The notes: generated by a model from the sequence alone, not told the origin. A stretch of 64,000 nt of DNA from Planctomycetota bacterium (GCA_046290465.1 JBKAGP010000001.1:1600001-1664000); one strand, 5' to 3'; numbered from the stretch's first letter, positions 30,363 to 41,221 are shown. Translations and numbers: made by a program.

Positions 30363-31574
30363 TCACGAGATCTTCCAGCGCGCCGCCCGGGATTTTCCGA
30401 CCTGGACCACGTACTCGCCGGGGCCGACCTCGGCCTTCACGTCGGCGACCACCTCGCCGTCGACGCGCACGCCGCGGCCCTGGATCAGCCGGCGGGCCTC
30501 GCTGCTCGAGCCGCACAGCTTGGAGGCGGCGAGGCCGGTCGGCAGCTGGATGCCGCCGGCGTCGGTGCGGCGGGTGTCCGCGCCGGGGCTCCACTCGGGC
30601 AGGTCGTCGGGCACGCCCCCCTCCTGGTGCACGCGGTCGTACTCGGCGCGTGCGGCGGTGGCGGCGTCGGCGCCGTGGTAGCCCTCGACGATCGCCGCGG
30701 CGAGCGCGAACTTCGCGTCGAGCGGCTTCTGCAGCAGCTCTTGCATGCGCGCGGCCGGCACGTCGGTCAGCAGCGTGAAGTACTTCTCGAGCAGGTCGTT
30801 CGGCACCTTCATCAGCTTCGAGAACTGCTTCGACGCCGACTCGGCGACGCCGACGTAGTTGTCGAGCGACTTCGACATCTTCTGGCTGCCGTCGAGGCCC
30901 TCGATCAGCGGCATCGTCAGGCAGACCTGCGCCGGCTGCCCTTCCTGGCCCTGCAGGTCGCGGCCGACCAGCAGGTTGAACAGCTGGTCGGTGCCACCGA
31001 TCTCGACGTCGGCCTTCAGCTCGACCGAGTCCCAGCCCTGCAGCAGCGGGTAGAGGAACTCGTGCACGCTGATCGGCAGGCCGCCCTTGTAGCGCTTGGT
31101 GAAGTCGTCGCGTTCGAGCATGCGCGCGACGGTGTAGCGGCTGGCGAGGCCGACGCAGTCCATGAACGTCTGGCCGAGGAACCACTCGCCGTTCTCGCGC
31201 TCCTCGATGCCGTCGACGTCGAGCACCGCGCCGATCTGCTGGCGGTAGGTCTGCTTGTTGGCCTCGACCTGCTCGCGGGTCAGCGCCGGCCGCGTCTTGT
31301 TGCGGCCGGTCGGGTCGCCGACCATCGCGGTCGCAGTCCCCCACAGCACGATCACCGTGTGGCCGAGGCGCTGGAAGTCGCGCAGCTTGCGCAGCGGCAC
31401 GGTGTGGCCGAGGTGGATGTCCGGCGAGCTCGGGTCGATGCCGAACTTCACGCGCAGCGGCGTGCCGGTCTCGCGGCTCTGCTCGAGGCGCTGCTTCAGG
31501 TCGTCCTCGTCGACCAGGTCGACGGCGCCGCGGCGGATGACGGCCAACTGTTCTTCGACGGGAGGGAACTGCAC
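30363..31574 (-). CDS. tyrS: Tyrosine--tRNA ligase
   Basis: GIDPSSPDIHLGH, GGTDQLFN, KMSKS, S4-like C-terminus; start codon approximate. Confidence 0.97.
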   Translation of the reverse strand: MQFPPVEEQLAVIRRGAVDLVDEDDLKQRLEQSRETGTPLRVKFGIDPSSPDIHLGHTVPLRKLRDFQRLGHTVIVLWGTATAMVGDPTGRNKTRPALTREQVEANKQTYRQQIGAVLDVDGIEERENGEWFLGQTFMDCVGLASRYTVARMLERDDFTKRYKGGLPISVHEFLYPLLQGWDSVELKADVEIGGTDQLFNLLVGRDLQGQEGQPAQVCLTMPLIEGLDGSQKMSKSLDNYVGVAESASKQFSKLMKVPNDLLEKYFTLLTDVPAARMQELLQKPLDAKFALAAAIVEGYHGADAATAARAEYDRVHQEGGVPDDLPEWSPGADTRRTDAGGIQLPTGLAASKLCGSSSEARRLIQGRGVRVDGEVVADVKAEVGPGEYVVQVGKSRAARWKIS

Positions 31575-31874
31575 CGCGGCAGGTCTACCCCCCGCAACTT
31601 CTGCAAGCAAGCGCAGCCGAGCCGGCGGCGAGAAGGTGTGCCGGCGACCCGATCAGGTGCCCTCTCTGGTTGCTCCCAGAAACCTGACGCAGGGTCGCCG
31701 GCTCACGGACCGCCGGGTGCGATCGGCGGCCGTGCCTCCCTACGTGCGCGGACGGCGGATCGTTCACGGAGGGACGTCGAAAGCGCGCGGTCGGGGCGCA
31801 ATGGACAGCCAGCGTCCATGGCCGAACCGCGTCCGGACGCGCAGCGTCCATCGGCAGGCCGCGTCGCTCCGGGA

Positions 31875-33422
31875 CTACGGGTCCCGGTGGCGGGGATCGC
31901 CTGCCTTATCGCCTGCCTTATCGCCTGCCGAATCGTCGGCCGGATCGTCGGCCGGATCGTCGGCAGGGTCTTCGGCCGGATCATCGGCCGGGTCGTCGCC
32001 CCGCTGGGCCGCCGCCGAACTGCCGGCGCGCAGCTTGCGACGCAGGGTGGCGCGGTTCATGTCGAGCGCGCGCGCCAGCAGCGTCGGCTTGCCGCCGTAG
32101 CGGGCCAGCAGCAACTGCAGCAGGTGCCGTTCGAGTTCGCCGTGCAGCGTCGCGTAGTCGACGTCGTCCTCGAGGCGCCGCTCGACCCACTCGTGCAGCG
32201 CCGCGACCATGCGCCCTTCCTGGGCGCCCGCGTCGGCGCCGGCGCGGCGACGGATCGCGTCGGGCAGGTGCTCGGGCAGGATCAGCGGGCCGCCGCAGAC
32301 GGCCATCGCGCGCTCGAGCGCGTTGCGCAGTTCGCGCACGTTGCCGGGCCAGTCGTGCGCCTCGAGCGCCGCCATCGCGCGGTCGGAGATCCGCAGCTCG
32401 CGAGCGCCCGCGGCCCGCGACAGCAGGTAGGCGCTGAGCGTGCGCAGGTCGCTGCGGCGGTCGACCAGCGCCGGCATCGGCACTTCGAGCACCCGCAGGC
32501 GGTACAGCAGGTCCTCGCGAAAGCGGCCCTCGGCGACGGCGTCGTCGAGGTCGACGTGGGTCGCGGCGACGATGCGCAGGTCGACGTACCGCTCGTCGCG
32601 CGCGCCGATCGGCACGTAGACCTGGTCCTCGACCACGCGCAGCAGCTTGACCTGCAGTTCGAGCGGCAGTTCGCCGATCTCGTCCAGGAACAGCGTGCCG
32701 CCCGAGGCGCGCTCGACGTAGCCGACGCGCTCGGTGTCGGCGCCGGTGAAGGCGCCCTTCTGGTGGCCGAACAGCTCGGACTCGAGCAGCGTCGGCGGCA
32801 GGCTGCCGCACGACAGCGTCACGAACGGCCCCGCGTGGCGGGCGCTGTGGCGGTGCACGATCTCGGCGGTCAGCGACTTGCCGATGCCGGTCGGGCCGGT
32901 GATCAGCACCGGCACGTCGGAGCTGCAGGCGTGCGCGATCGCCGCGAACGCCGGCTGCATCGACGGCGCCGAGCCGATCAGCACCGGCATGTGGCCGTCG
33001 TCGCCGGCCCGCTCCGCGACCTCGGCGGCCGCGCGCGTCGGCAGCTCCTCGGCCGCGCGCGCTTCGAGCAGCGAACGCATGGTGGTCGCGAGTTCGGCCA
33101 GGTCGAGCGGCTTGACCAGGTAGGCGGTCGCGCCGCGCTTCTTGGCCTCGACGGCGTTCTCGAGGCTGCCGTGCGCGGTCACGATCAGCACCGGCAGCGA
33201 CGCGTCGAGCTCGCGCACGGTGTGCAGCAGCTGCAGGCCGTTGAGGTCGGGCAGGCCGATGTCGAGCACCACCAGGTCGGGCCGGGCGCTGCGCAGCTCG
33301 CGCGCGCCCTTGGCTGCCGATGCCGCGGTGACCGTTCGGTAGCCGAGCCGGCGGCCCAGTTCGGCGATCGCGTGGGCGACGTTGGCCTCGTCCTCGACGA
33401 TCAGGATCGTCCCGGCGCTCAC
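31875..33422 (-). CDS. Sigma54-dependent response regulator (NtrC family)
   Basis: REC (ILIVEDE, LDIGLPD), GPTGIGK, GAFTGA, WPGNVRELRN, HTH; DDPA repeats at C-terminus. Confidence 0.92.
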   Translation of the reverse strand: MSAGTILIVEDEANVAHAIAELGRRLGYRTVTAASAAKGARELRSARPDLVVLDIGLPDLNGLQLLHTVRELDASLPVLIVTAHGSLENAVEAKKRGATAYLVKPLDLAELATTMRSLLEARAAEELPTRAAAEVAERAGDDGHMPVLIGSAPSMQPAFAAIAHACSSDVPVLITGPTGIGKSLTAEIVHRHSARHAGPFVTLSCGSLPPTLLESELFGHQKGAFTGADTERVGYVERASGGTLFLDEIGELPLELQVKLLRVVEDQVYVPIGARDERYVDLRIVAATHVDLDDAVAEGRFREDLLYRLRVLEVPMPALVDRRSDLRTLSAYLLSRAAGARELRISDRAMAALEAHDWPGNVRELRNALERAMAVCGGPLILPEHLPDAIRRRAGADAGAQEGRMVAALHEWVERRLEDDVDYATLHGELERHLLQLLLARYGGKPTLLARALDMNRATLRRKLRAGSSAAAQRGDDPADDPAEDPADDPADDPADDSAGDKAGDKAGDPRHRDP

Positions 33423-34837
33423 GGCGCCACCTCTGCATTCTGCGTCATGTCTGGTCGGAGCTGCGCGCGCGGCAGGCGCACCGTCACCCTGCCGCCGGCG
33501 GCGTGGTTGGCGGCGGTCAGCTCGCCACCGTGCGCGACGACGACCTCGCGCGCAACCGCGAGCCCGATTCCCATGCCGCCCTCCTTCTCGCTGAAGAAGA
33601 ACTCGCCGAAGCGGCGCAGCGCCTCGTCGCTGAAGCCCGCGCCCGAGTCCTCGAACTCGAACACGACCTCGTCGCCGACACCGAGCGCGCGCACGGTCAG
33701 CTCGCCGCCCTCGGGCATCGCCTGCACGGCGTTGACGATCAGGTTGTCGAGCACGTGCCCGATGCGGTCGCGGTCGCAGGTGACGACCAGGTCGCCGCGG
33801 CGTTCGTGGACGACGCGCACGTCGGCGTGCTGGCAGCGGCCATCGTTGGCCAGCAGCACCTCGTCGAGCAGCAGGCCGAGGTCGGCGCTGCGGCGCGCCG
33901 GCGGCTCGGGCCGGGTCAGGTACATCCACTGGTTGAGCATGCGCTCGATGCGCGCGGCCTCGGCCAGCACCACGTCGGCCGGGCCGGGGTCGGCGGCGTC
34001 GCCGCGCCACAGCTGCGCGTGCATCTTGATCGCGGCGACCGGGTTGTGGACCTGGTGTGCGAGCGAAGCGGTCATGCGCCCGAGCACCGCCAGCTTCTCG
34101 GCCTCGATGCGCCGGGCGCGCTCGCGCTGCAGGCCCTCGCGGGTGTCGACCAGGGCGCGCGCGACGTCGCCGATCTCGTCACGACGCCCGGCCTCGGGCA
34201 GCTGCAGCGGCTCGGCGGCCTCGATGCGCGGCAGCTGCGCGGCGAGGTTACGCAGCGGCCGCACCAGCCCGCGCAGCACCAGCACCGCGATCAGCAGGCC
34301 GACCGACCAGGCGCCGATCAAGACCGGCACGATGCGCGAGTCCCAGACCGTATCGGCGACGCGGCGGACCAGCAGCAGGTCGCCGCGGGCCAGCGGCCGG
34401 GCGACCACCTCGAGCTGTTCGTCGAGTGCGTGCACGTCGCCGTCCGCGGGAACCGCGCGCAGCCGCGGCGCACCGACGTCGTCCGGCGGGGTCGGCACGA
34501 TCCGTTCGCCGACGCGGAAGTGCACGTCGAAGTTCGAGACCCGACGCAGGTCTTGCGCCAGCTTCTCCGACAGCGGCAGGCTCGCCTGCTCGACGAACGC
34601 GGCGTGCGCCGTCGCGAGCCGCACCATGCGTTCGCGTTCTTCGGCGGCCAACTGCGAACGCAGGGCGACTGCGATCGCGACGGTCACGATCAGCATCAGC
34701 AGCAGCCACGGCACACCGATGCGCCAGTACAGGCCGGTGCCACGGCCGCGCACGTGGGCGGCGGGATCGGGAGACCGGGACGGACGGTCGGAAGACTCGG
34801 AGGAGCGGTCGCGCGGCAAGGCTGACGAAGGGATCAC
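33419..34837 (-). CDS. HAMP-domain sensor histidine kinase
   Basis: Two TM segments, DEIG HAMP, LAHQVHNP H-box, NLIVNA, DSGAG, GMGIGL; start uncertain. Confidence 0.9.
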   Translation of the reverse strand: MIPSSALPRDRSSESSDRPSRSPDPAAHVRGRGTGLYWRIGVPWLLLMLIVTVAIAVALRSQLAAEERERMVRLATAHAAFVEQASLPLSEKLAQDLRRVSNFDVHFRVGERIVPTPPDDVGAPRLRAVPADGDVHALDEQLEVVARPLARGDLLLVRRVADTVWDSRIVPVLIGAWSVGLLIAVLVLRGLVRPLRNLAAQLPRIEAAEPLQLPEAGRRDEIGDVARALVDTREGLQRERARRIEAEKLAVLGRMTASLAHQVHNPVAAIKMHAQLWRGDAADPGPADVVLAEAARIERMLNQWMYLTRPEPPARRSADLGLLLDEVLLANDGRCQHADVRVVHERRGDLVVTCDRDRIGHVLDNLIVNAVQAMPEGGELTVRALGVGDEVVFEFEDSGAGFSDEALRRFGEFFFSEKEGGMGIGLAVAREVVVAHGGELTAANHAAGGRVTVRLPRAQLRPDMTQNAEVAP

Positions 34838-34987
34838 AACGGCGGCGGTCGGCGGTCGGTTCGCCTGCAAACGGGTCCGCTGCAGTATCCCCACTCGCGG
34901 ACGATTGGTGACCCGTCGAGGCGGACGAATGGACAGCGATGGCCCACCGCTGCGGGCGGGCGGCGGCCGCGCCCCGGGGAGCCGCGA

Positions 34988-35004
34988 TCGGCACGGCGAT
35001 TGCC
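34988..35004 (+). promoter_or_regulatory. Candidate sigma54 promoter (-24/-12)
   Basis: TCGGCACGGCGATTGCC: GG-N10-GC with GGCAC and TTGC boxes, upstream of 35124. Confidence 0.55.
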
Positions 35005-35123
35005 GCAAAGGCCGTGACCCCTGCGATGCCGCGCGGCCTGCTGCCAGGCACGGCAGCTGCGCCGGCGTGCCGGCCGGCCCCTGAGCGAGCTGCCGCATCC
35101 CGATTCCGAAGCAGACCGATCCG

Positions 35124-36347
35124 ATGACCCGACCCACCACCGTCCTTTGGCCCCAACCGGCATCTCTGCTGGCTTCTCTGCTGGCACCCCTGCTGGCACC
35201 CCTGCTGGCCACGCTCGCCGCGACCACGACCGGCCTCGCCCAGGACCAGCCGGCCTGGTCGAAGGCCCAACAGAAGGGCCTCGAGTTCCTCGCCACCAAG
35301 CAGAAGGACGGCGTGTTCTCGGTGCAGACGCGGCGCGGCGCGTTCCCCGACCCGGGCTTCACGTCGCTGGCGATCGCTGCGCTGCAGAGCAAGCCGAAGT
35401 CGCTGCGCAGCGAGGCCGAACAGGCGATCATCGACGGCGGCCTGCGCTGGGTGCTGAAGAACCAGAACGACGACGGCTCGTTCGGTCGCAACGTGCCCAA
35501 CTACACCACCTGTGCGGCGGTGATGGCGCTGTCGCGCTGGCACGACCAGGAGGCGGCGGCGGACGCGCTGAAGAAGGCGCAGAAGTACGTGCTGATGATC
35601 CAGAAGTGCGAGCAGAACGGCACCGAGCGTTCGGACGCCGAGTACGGCGGCGTCGGCTACGGCAGCAAGGGCGAGCGCAGCGACCTGAGCAACATGCAGT
35701 TTGCGATGAACGCGCTGCGGCAGACCGGCCTCGAGGTCGATCACGAGGCGTTCCAGCGCGCGGTGGTGTTCTTGCAGCGGCTGCAGAACCGCAAGCAGAG
35801 CAACGACCTCGACGGCAAGCTGAAGGTGTCGACCGCCGAGCAGGAGACCGGCACCATGAACGTCGGCGACGACGGCGGCGCGGTCTGCTATCCCGGCGAG
35901 TCGCCGGCCGGCTACGTCGTGCACCCCGATGGCAGCGCCACCCCGCGCAGCTACGGCTCGATGACCTACGCGCTGCTCAAGACCTACACGTTGTGCGGCG
36001 TCGACCAGAAGGACCCGCGGGTGCAGGCCGCCGTGAAGTGGATCGGCGAGAACTGGACCGTCACCGAGAACCCCGGCGCCGACCCGCGCCTCGGCGACAA
36101 GGCGCGCTACCAGGGCCTGTTCTACTACTACATGCTGATGGCGCAGGCGCTCGACACCGTCGGCATCGACGAGCTCGCGGCCGGCAAGGACCGGAAGGTC
36201 CGCTGGCGCGCCGAACTGAAGCAGCAGGTCGAGTCGATCCAGCGCGACGACGGCTCGTGGCTCAACGCCAAGAACTCGCGCTGGTACGAAGGCCTCGACA
36301 TCCTCTGCACCTGCTACGCGCTGCTCGCCCTCGAGCACTGCAGCTGA
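35124..36347 (+). CDS. Exported prenyltransferase/squalene-oxidase repeat protein
   Basis: QKDG, QNDDGSF, QRDDGSW repeats; DLSNMQFA; signal peptide. Confidence 0.85.
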   Translation: MTRPTTVLWPQPASLLASLLAPLLAPLLATLAATTTGLAQDQPAWSKAQQKGLEFLATKQKDGVFSVQTRRGAFPDPGFTSLAIAALQSKPKSLRSEAEQAIIDGGLRWVLKNQNDDGSFGRNVPNYTTCAAVMALSRWHDQEAAADALKKAQKYVLMIQKCEQNGTERSDAEYGGVGYGSKGERSDLSNMQFAMNALRQTGLEVDHEAFQRAVVFLQRLQNRKQSNDLDGKLKVSTAEQETGTMNVGDDGGAVCYPGESPAGYVVHPDGSATPRSYGSMTYALLKTYTLCGVDQKDPRVQAAVKWIGENWTVTENPGADPRLGDKARYQGLFYYYMLMAQALDTVGIDELAAGKDRKVRWRAELKQQVESIQRDDGSWLNAKNSRWYEGLDILCTCYALLALEHCS

Positions 36348-36583
36348 CCCGCAGCGCGACCGCACCGACCGGTTCAGTGCACTTCCGCCTCCGGCGGAAG
36401 TGCGCAACTTGAACCGGGTTCGGTATGCGGCGGTTCGCGCACGGCCCCGTTCGGCAGCTGGCACCTCCCACCCGGCGGCTCGGTCACCCAGCGCCGCGGG
36501 CAGCCCGCACCACGGTCACCCCGCACTACGGCCAGACAGCACCACGGCCAGCCAGCACGACGGTCAGCCCGCGACCCGGCCCG

Positions 36584-37663
36584 CTACTGCTTGCTCTGCC
36601 ACCAGGCGAGCCAGCCGTCGCGGTCGCCGACGGCGATCTTGACGCCGGCGATCTGGTGCAGGGCGGCCATCGCGACCTGGGCCTGGTCGGCGCGGCCGAA
36701 GCGCACTTGGTCGATCAGCAGCGAGCAGGCCTCGCGGCGCTTCGACGATGGCACCAGCAGCGCGCTCAGGTAGGCGCTGGCGAAGTTCTTCGGGGTGAAG
36801 TCCTCGAGCGCGGCCTTCAGGCCGGCGATCGGCTGGGCGGCGAGGATCTCGTGGCCCTTCGGCCACTGCGTGTAGCTGACCGCGCCGGCGGTCACGCGCT
36901 GCACCGGCGCGCGCATTTCGTCGAACGTCACGTAGCCCGGCATCAGGTCGACGCGGACCAGCACCGAACGGCGCACCGCGTCGCCGACGTCGGCGCCGAT
37001 CTCGATCGGCAGGCGCAGCGCCCGGGTGCCGCTGAGCTCGAACGGCTCGGGCAGCCACAGGAACTCCTTGGTCTGCGACAGACGCGAGCTGCCGTCGACA
37101 TACTCGTCGTCGATGGTCACCGCGACCGAGAACCCGATCGGGTCGCGCTGGCCGAGCGCGCCGAGCCGCACCGGTGCGGCCATCGCCGGCACCTCGAGTT
37201 CGAGCCGCAGCGGCTCCCCGAGCACCGGCGTAGTCGGCTCGTCCTGGCCCTCCGGCACGTCGCCGGTCAGCCGCAGCGAGCCCTTCTGCTGCACGTGGTG
37301 CGTGAAGCCGATGCCGCGCGCGATCGCGCGGTAGCCCTCGAGGTGCTGCTTGAAGGCGTCGGGCACGCTCGGGCGGTCGTAGCTGTCGACGAGGCTGTCG
37401 AGCAGGGCGACGTCGCCGTCGTCGGCCGCGTCCTGCAGGCGGCGCAGAATGCCGCTGTAGAACTCGACCAGCACCCGGTTGTTGCCGCCGCCCAGCTCCG
37501 GCAGCGGGATCGCGACCGGCTGGGCGAACGACAGGCTCTCGACGTCGTTCTCCGGGTCGACCGGCTCGTACGTCGTGACGCAGGCGGCGAGCGACGACAG
37601 CAGCAGCGCGGCGGGCCAGGCCCGCCGCGAACGACCGCGCGTCGTCGTCGCCGGGCGAAGCAT
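36584..37663 (-). CDS. Hypothetical lipoprotein
   Basis: LLLSSLAAC lipobox; TAATG overlap with rpsA. Confidence 0.7.
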   Translation of the reverse strand: MLRPATTTRGRSRRAWPAALLLSSLAACVTTYEPVDPENDVESLSFAQPVAIPLPELGGGNNRVLVEFYSGILRRLQDAADDGDVALLDSLVDSYDRPSVPDAFKQHLEGYRAIARGIGFTHHVQQKGSLRLTGDVPEGQDEPTTPVLGEPLRLELEVPAMAAPVRLGALGQRDPIGFSVAVTIDDEYVDGSSRLSQTKEFLWLPEPFELSGTRALRLPIEIGADVGDAVRRSVLVRVDLMPGYVTFDEMRAPVQRVTAGAVSYTQWPKGHEILAAQPIAGLKAALEDFTPKNFASAYLSALLVPSSKRREACSLLIDQVRFGRADQAQVAMAALHQIAGVKIAVGDRDGWLAWWQSKQ

Positions 37664-39468
37664 TACTCTTCGCCCTTCTCGTCGTCCTTCTCGGCGGCTT
37701 CGCGCTCGCTGACGCGCTGGCCGATACCCTTGAGCTGGTCGGCGAGCGAACCCAGCGCCGGGTGCGCCGGCTCCGGCGTCGGCTCCGGCGCGGGGGCCGC
37801 TTCCGCGCCCTCTTCGCCTTCCTCGAAGTGCGCCTGGATCAGCGTCAGGCCGATCTTCCGCTCGTCGGTGTCGATCTTGATGATGCGGACCTCGACGCGC
37901 TGGCCGACCTTGACCACGTCCTCCGGGTTCTCGACCTTGTGGTCCGCCAGCTCCGAGATGTGCAGCAGACCCTCGAGGCCCTGCTCCAGCTCGACGAAGA
38001 CGCCGAAGTTGGTGATCTTGGTGACCGTGCCGGGCACCGAGTCGCCGATGTGGTAGCGAGCCGGGATGTCGCCGCTCCACGGGTCGGCCTGCAGTTGCTT
38101 GAGGCCGAGCGCGATGCGCTTCTTCTCCTGGTCGACCGAGAGCACCACGCACTCGATCTCGTCGCCCTTCTTCACCACCTCGTTCGGGTTGGTGATCTTG
38201 CGGGTCCACGACATGTCCGTGATGTGCAGCAGGCCGTCGATGCCTTCCTGCAGCTCGATGAACGCGCCGTAGTTGGTCAGGTTGCGCACCTTGCCGCGGA
38301 TGACCGTGCCCGGCGGGTAGTTCTCCGCCACCATGTCCCACGGGTTGACCTCGGTCTGCTTCATGCCGAGCGAGATCGTCTGCTTCTCGGTGTCGATCTC
38401 GAGCACGACGACCTCGACCTGGTCGCCCTGCTTGACGACCTCGTTCGGGTGGTTGACGCGCTTGGTCCACGACATCTCGGAGATGTGCACCAGGCCTTCG
38501 ACGCCGTCCTCGAGCTTGACGAACGCGCCGTAGCTCATCAGGTTGACGACCTCGCCGTTGATGCGCTGACCGATCGGGTACTTCTCGGTGATGTTGTCCC
38601 ACGGCGAAGCAGTCTTCTGCTTCATGCCGAGCGCGATGCGCTCACGCTCGCGGTCGATCTTGAGGACCTTGACCTCGACCTCGTCGTCGAGCTTGACCAT
38701 CTCCGACGGGTGGTTGACGCGGCCCCACGACATGTCCGTGATGTGCAGCAGACCGTCGATGCCGCCGAGGTCGACGAACACGCCGAAGTCGGCGATGTTC
38801 TTGACCACGCCGGTGCGGACCTGGCCTTCCTCGAGCTCCTTGAGCAGGGCTTCCTTCTTCGCCTCGCGCTCCTCTTCGATCAGCTTGCGGCGCGAGATGA
38901 CGATGTTCATCCGCTCCTCGTCGATCTTGATGATGCGCGCCTCGATCTCCTTGCCGATCCAGTCGCCGATGTCGCCCGCACGGCGAATGTTGACCTGCGA
39001 CGCCGGCAGGAACACCGGCACGCCGATGTCGACCAGCAGGCCGCCCTTGATCTTGCGCAGCGCCAGACCCTTGACGGTGTCGCCTTCGCTGTGGGTCTGG
39101 ATGATGTTCTCCCAGCCCCGGATGCGGTCGGCCTTCCGCTTGCTCAGCAGGATGTAGCCTTCGGCGTCGTTGATCGCCTCGACGAGGCACTCGACCTCGG
39201 CGCCCGGCTGGACCTCCAGCGGGTCGGGGAACTCGTCGATCGAGATCTGGCCTTCGGCCTTGTAGCTGACGTCGACGACGACGGTGCCGTCTTCCTGCAC
39301 CTTGATCACCTTGCCGCGCACGATCTTGTGCGGCGTCAGCTCGGCGACGGTCTTGCCGATGGCGGTGTCGATCTCGTCCAGCGTGGTGGAACCGAGAGCT
39401 TCGGTGGTGAGCCGCGACAACTCGTCGTCGGGCAGGGCGAACTTCTTGATCAGGCTCTTGCCGGTCAT
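37663..39468 (-). CDS. rpsA: 30S ribosomal protein S1
   Basis: Multiple S1 repeats (FGVFVDLGGIDGLLHITDMSW etc.). Confidence 0.98.
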   Translation of the reverse strand: MTGKSLIKKFALPDDELSRLTTEALGSTTLDEIDTAIGKTVAELTPHKIVRGKVIKVQEDGTVVVDVSYKAEGQISIDEFPDPLEVQPGAEVECLVEAINDAEGYILLSKRKADRIRGWENIIQTHSEGDTVKGLALRKIKGGLLVDIGVPVFLPASQVNIRRAGDIGDWIGKEIEARIIKIDEERMNIVISRRKLIEEEREAKKEALLKELEEGQVRTGVVKNIADFGVFVDLGGIDGLLHITDMSWGRVNHPSEMVKLDDEVEVKVLKIDRERERIALGMKQKTASPWDNITEKYPIGQRINGEVVNLMSYGAFVKLEDGVEGLVHISEMSWTKRVNHPNEVVKQGDQVEVVVLEIDTEKQTISLGMKQTEVNPWDMVAENYPPGTVIRGKVRNLTNYGAFIELQEGIDGLLHITDMSWTRKITNPNEVVKKGDEIECVVLSVDQEKKRIALGLKQLQADPWSGDIPARYHIGDSVPGTVTKITNFGVFVELEQGLEGLLHISELADHKVENPEDVVKVGQRVEVRIIKIDTDERKIGLTLIQAHFEEGEEGAEAAPAPEPTPEPAHPALGSLADQLKGIGQRVSEREAAEKDDEKGEE

Positions 39469-39662
39469 CAAAGAATCGGGGTTAGGAGTGAGATTGAAAC
39501 GGGGAACGAATCAATGAGGAACGAAGTGCCGCGCAGCGAACCTGCTGCACGACGATCACATTCCGGCGAACGGACCATCCGGCCGCCGGTCGCCCCCGAA
39601 GGGGCCGGTCGCCCCCGAAGGGACAATGCCCCTCAAGGGGGCCGAGCTGTCTCGGGAACGGC

Positions 39663-40502
39663 TCACGCCTTTCCGTCGACGGGTTGCGAACGCGTCGGCG
39701 GGGCCGACGTGGACGCGTTGGGTTGTGATTTCGCGGGTTGTGATTTCGCGGGTTGTGATTTCGCGGGTTGCGATTTCGCGGGTTGCGATTTCGAACTGGT
39801 TGGATCGACCGTGCCGGCCGGAGAACTGGAGGCGTCGGCGTCCGTAGGCCCGGCGTCACCGAGCTCACAGCGCGCGAGTTCGGCGACCCGCCGCCGCAGC
39901 GCCTCGACGCCGCCTTCGGCCAGCACCTGCTCGGGCGTCCACGGCTCGCCGACGCGCACCGTGATCTTGGTCGGCCGCGGGAACCAGGCCTTGCGCGGGT
40001 AGGCGCGGAACGAGCCGTCGATGCCGATCGGCACGACCGTCGCCTTCGACCGTCTCACCAGGAACTGGACGCCGCTCTTGAACGGCATCACGCGACCGTC
40101 GGGGCTGCGCGTTCCTTCGGGGAAGATGCCGACGACCTCGCCCGCCTTGAGGCAGTTGCCGATCAGCCGCATGGCCTCCTTCGACGGCGCGTCGCGGTCG
40201 ATCAGCGTGACGCCGACCTGCCGCAGCCACCAGCGCAGCGGCGCGAACGAGGCCAGCCCCGCCTGCGCCAGGAAGTTGACCGGGCGGCGCGCGGAGCTGC
40301 CGACCAGCGGCGGGTCGAGGTAGCTGCAGTGGTTGGCGACCAGCAGCACCGGCCCCTCCGAGGGGATGTGCTCGCTGCCGCCGCGGCCGACGCGGAACCA
40401 CAGCTTGCAGAGCACCTGCACGGCCCACTTCGACACCGTGTACCAGAAGGCACTGCGCTGCACCATCTGCGGTCGATCCGACTTCTTGTGGGCGTCGCTC
40501 AC
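39663..40502 (-). CDS. plsC: Lysophospholipid acyltransferase
   Basis: NHCSYLD and FPEGTRS; lies between cmk and rpsA. Confidence 0.88.
   Translation of the reverse strand: MSDAHKKSDRPQMVQRSAFWYTVSKWAVQVLCKLWFRVGRGGSEHIPSEGPVLLVANHCSYLDPPLVGSSARRPVNFLAQAGLASFAPLRWWLRQVGVTLIDRDAPSKEAMRLIGNCLKAGEVVGIFPEGTRSPDGRVMPFKSGVQFLVRRSKATVVPIGIDGSFRAYPRKAWFPRPTKITVRVGEPWTPEQVLAEGGVEALRRRVAELARCELGDAGPTDADASSSPAGTVDPTSSKSQPAKSQPAKSQPAKSQPAKSQPNASTSAPPTRSQPVDGKA
39721..39794. repeat. About 5 x 15-bp tandem repeat (KSQPA tail of PlsC)
   Basis: GGTTGYGATTTCGCG units. Confidence 0.9.
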
Positions 40503-41221
40503 AGCGCCTCCCGCCCGGCGCCGCGCACGTAGTCCATCAGTTGCTGGATCACGGTGGCGGTCGTCATGCCGGTGGTGTCGATGTAGAGCGCGTCGTCGGC
40601 CCGCTTCAGCGGCGCGTCCGAACGCGTCGAGTCGAGCCGGTCGCGCACCAGGATCTCCTGCAGCACGTCCTGCTCGCTGACCTCGCGACCCTGCCGGGCA
40701 AAGTCTTGGCAGCGACGGCGCGCACGTTCGCTCGGCGCGGCGTCGAGGTAGACCTTCCACCGCGCGCGCGGGAACACCACCGAGCCCATGTCGCGGCCTT
40801 CGGCGACGACCGGCCCCTGCCTCGCGACCTGCCGCTGCAGTTCGCCCATGCGCGCGCGCACGAACGGCAGCGCGGACACGGCCGAGACCTGCGACTCGAC
40901 CTCGCGCGTGCGCAGGTGCGACGTCACGTCGCGACCGTTGAGCAGCACCTTGCCTTGCTGCAGCTGCAGTTCGGCACCGCGCAGCGCGTCGCGCATGCGG
41001 CCATGGCCCTGGTCCGGCTCACCGGCACACTCGGACGGCGCGGAGCCGAGTTCGAGGAAGTGCCACGTGATCGCGCGATACATCGCGCCGGTGTCCAGGA
41101 AGGCGTAGCCCAGGCGCTCGGCGAGCAGCCGCGCGATCGTGCTCTTGCCGGCTCCCGACGGCCCGTCGATCGCGACGACATCGGTCGGAGCGTTCGCAGG
41201 GAGATCGTCGGTGGCGGCCAA
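40499..41221 (-). CDS. cmk: Cytidylate kinase
   Basis: AIDGPSGAGKST, DTGAMYR, EGRDMGSVVFP; start approximate. Confidence 0.95.
   Translation of the reverse strand: MAATDDLPANAPTDVVAIDGPSGAGKSTIARLLAERLGYAFLDTGAMYRAITWHFLELGSAPSECAGEPDQGHGRMRDALRGAELQLQQGKVLLNGRDVTSHLRTREVESQVSAVSALPFVRARMGELQRQVARQGPVVAEGRDMGSVVFPRARWKVYLDAAPSERARRRCQDFARQGREVSEQDVLQEILVRDRLDSTRSDAPLKRADDALYIDTTGMTTATVIQQLMDYVRGAGREAL

Noticed and set aside
30627..35084. 1485-aa plus-strand ORF and similar long ORFs (27288-30032, 37762-40002, 42374-44413)
   Set aside because: Antisense shadows of clear genes, expected at this GC content
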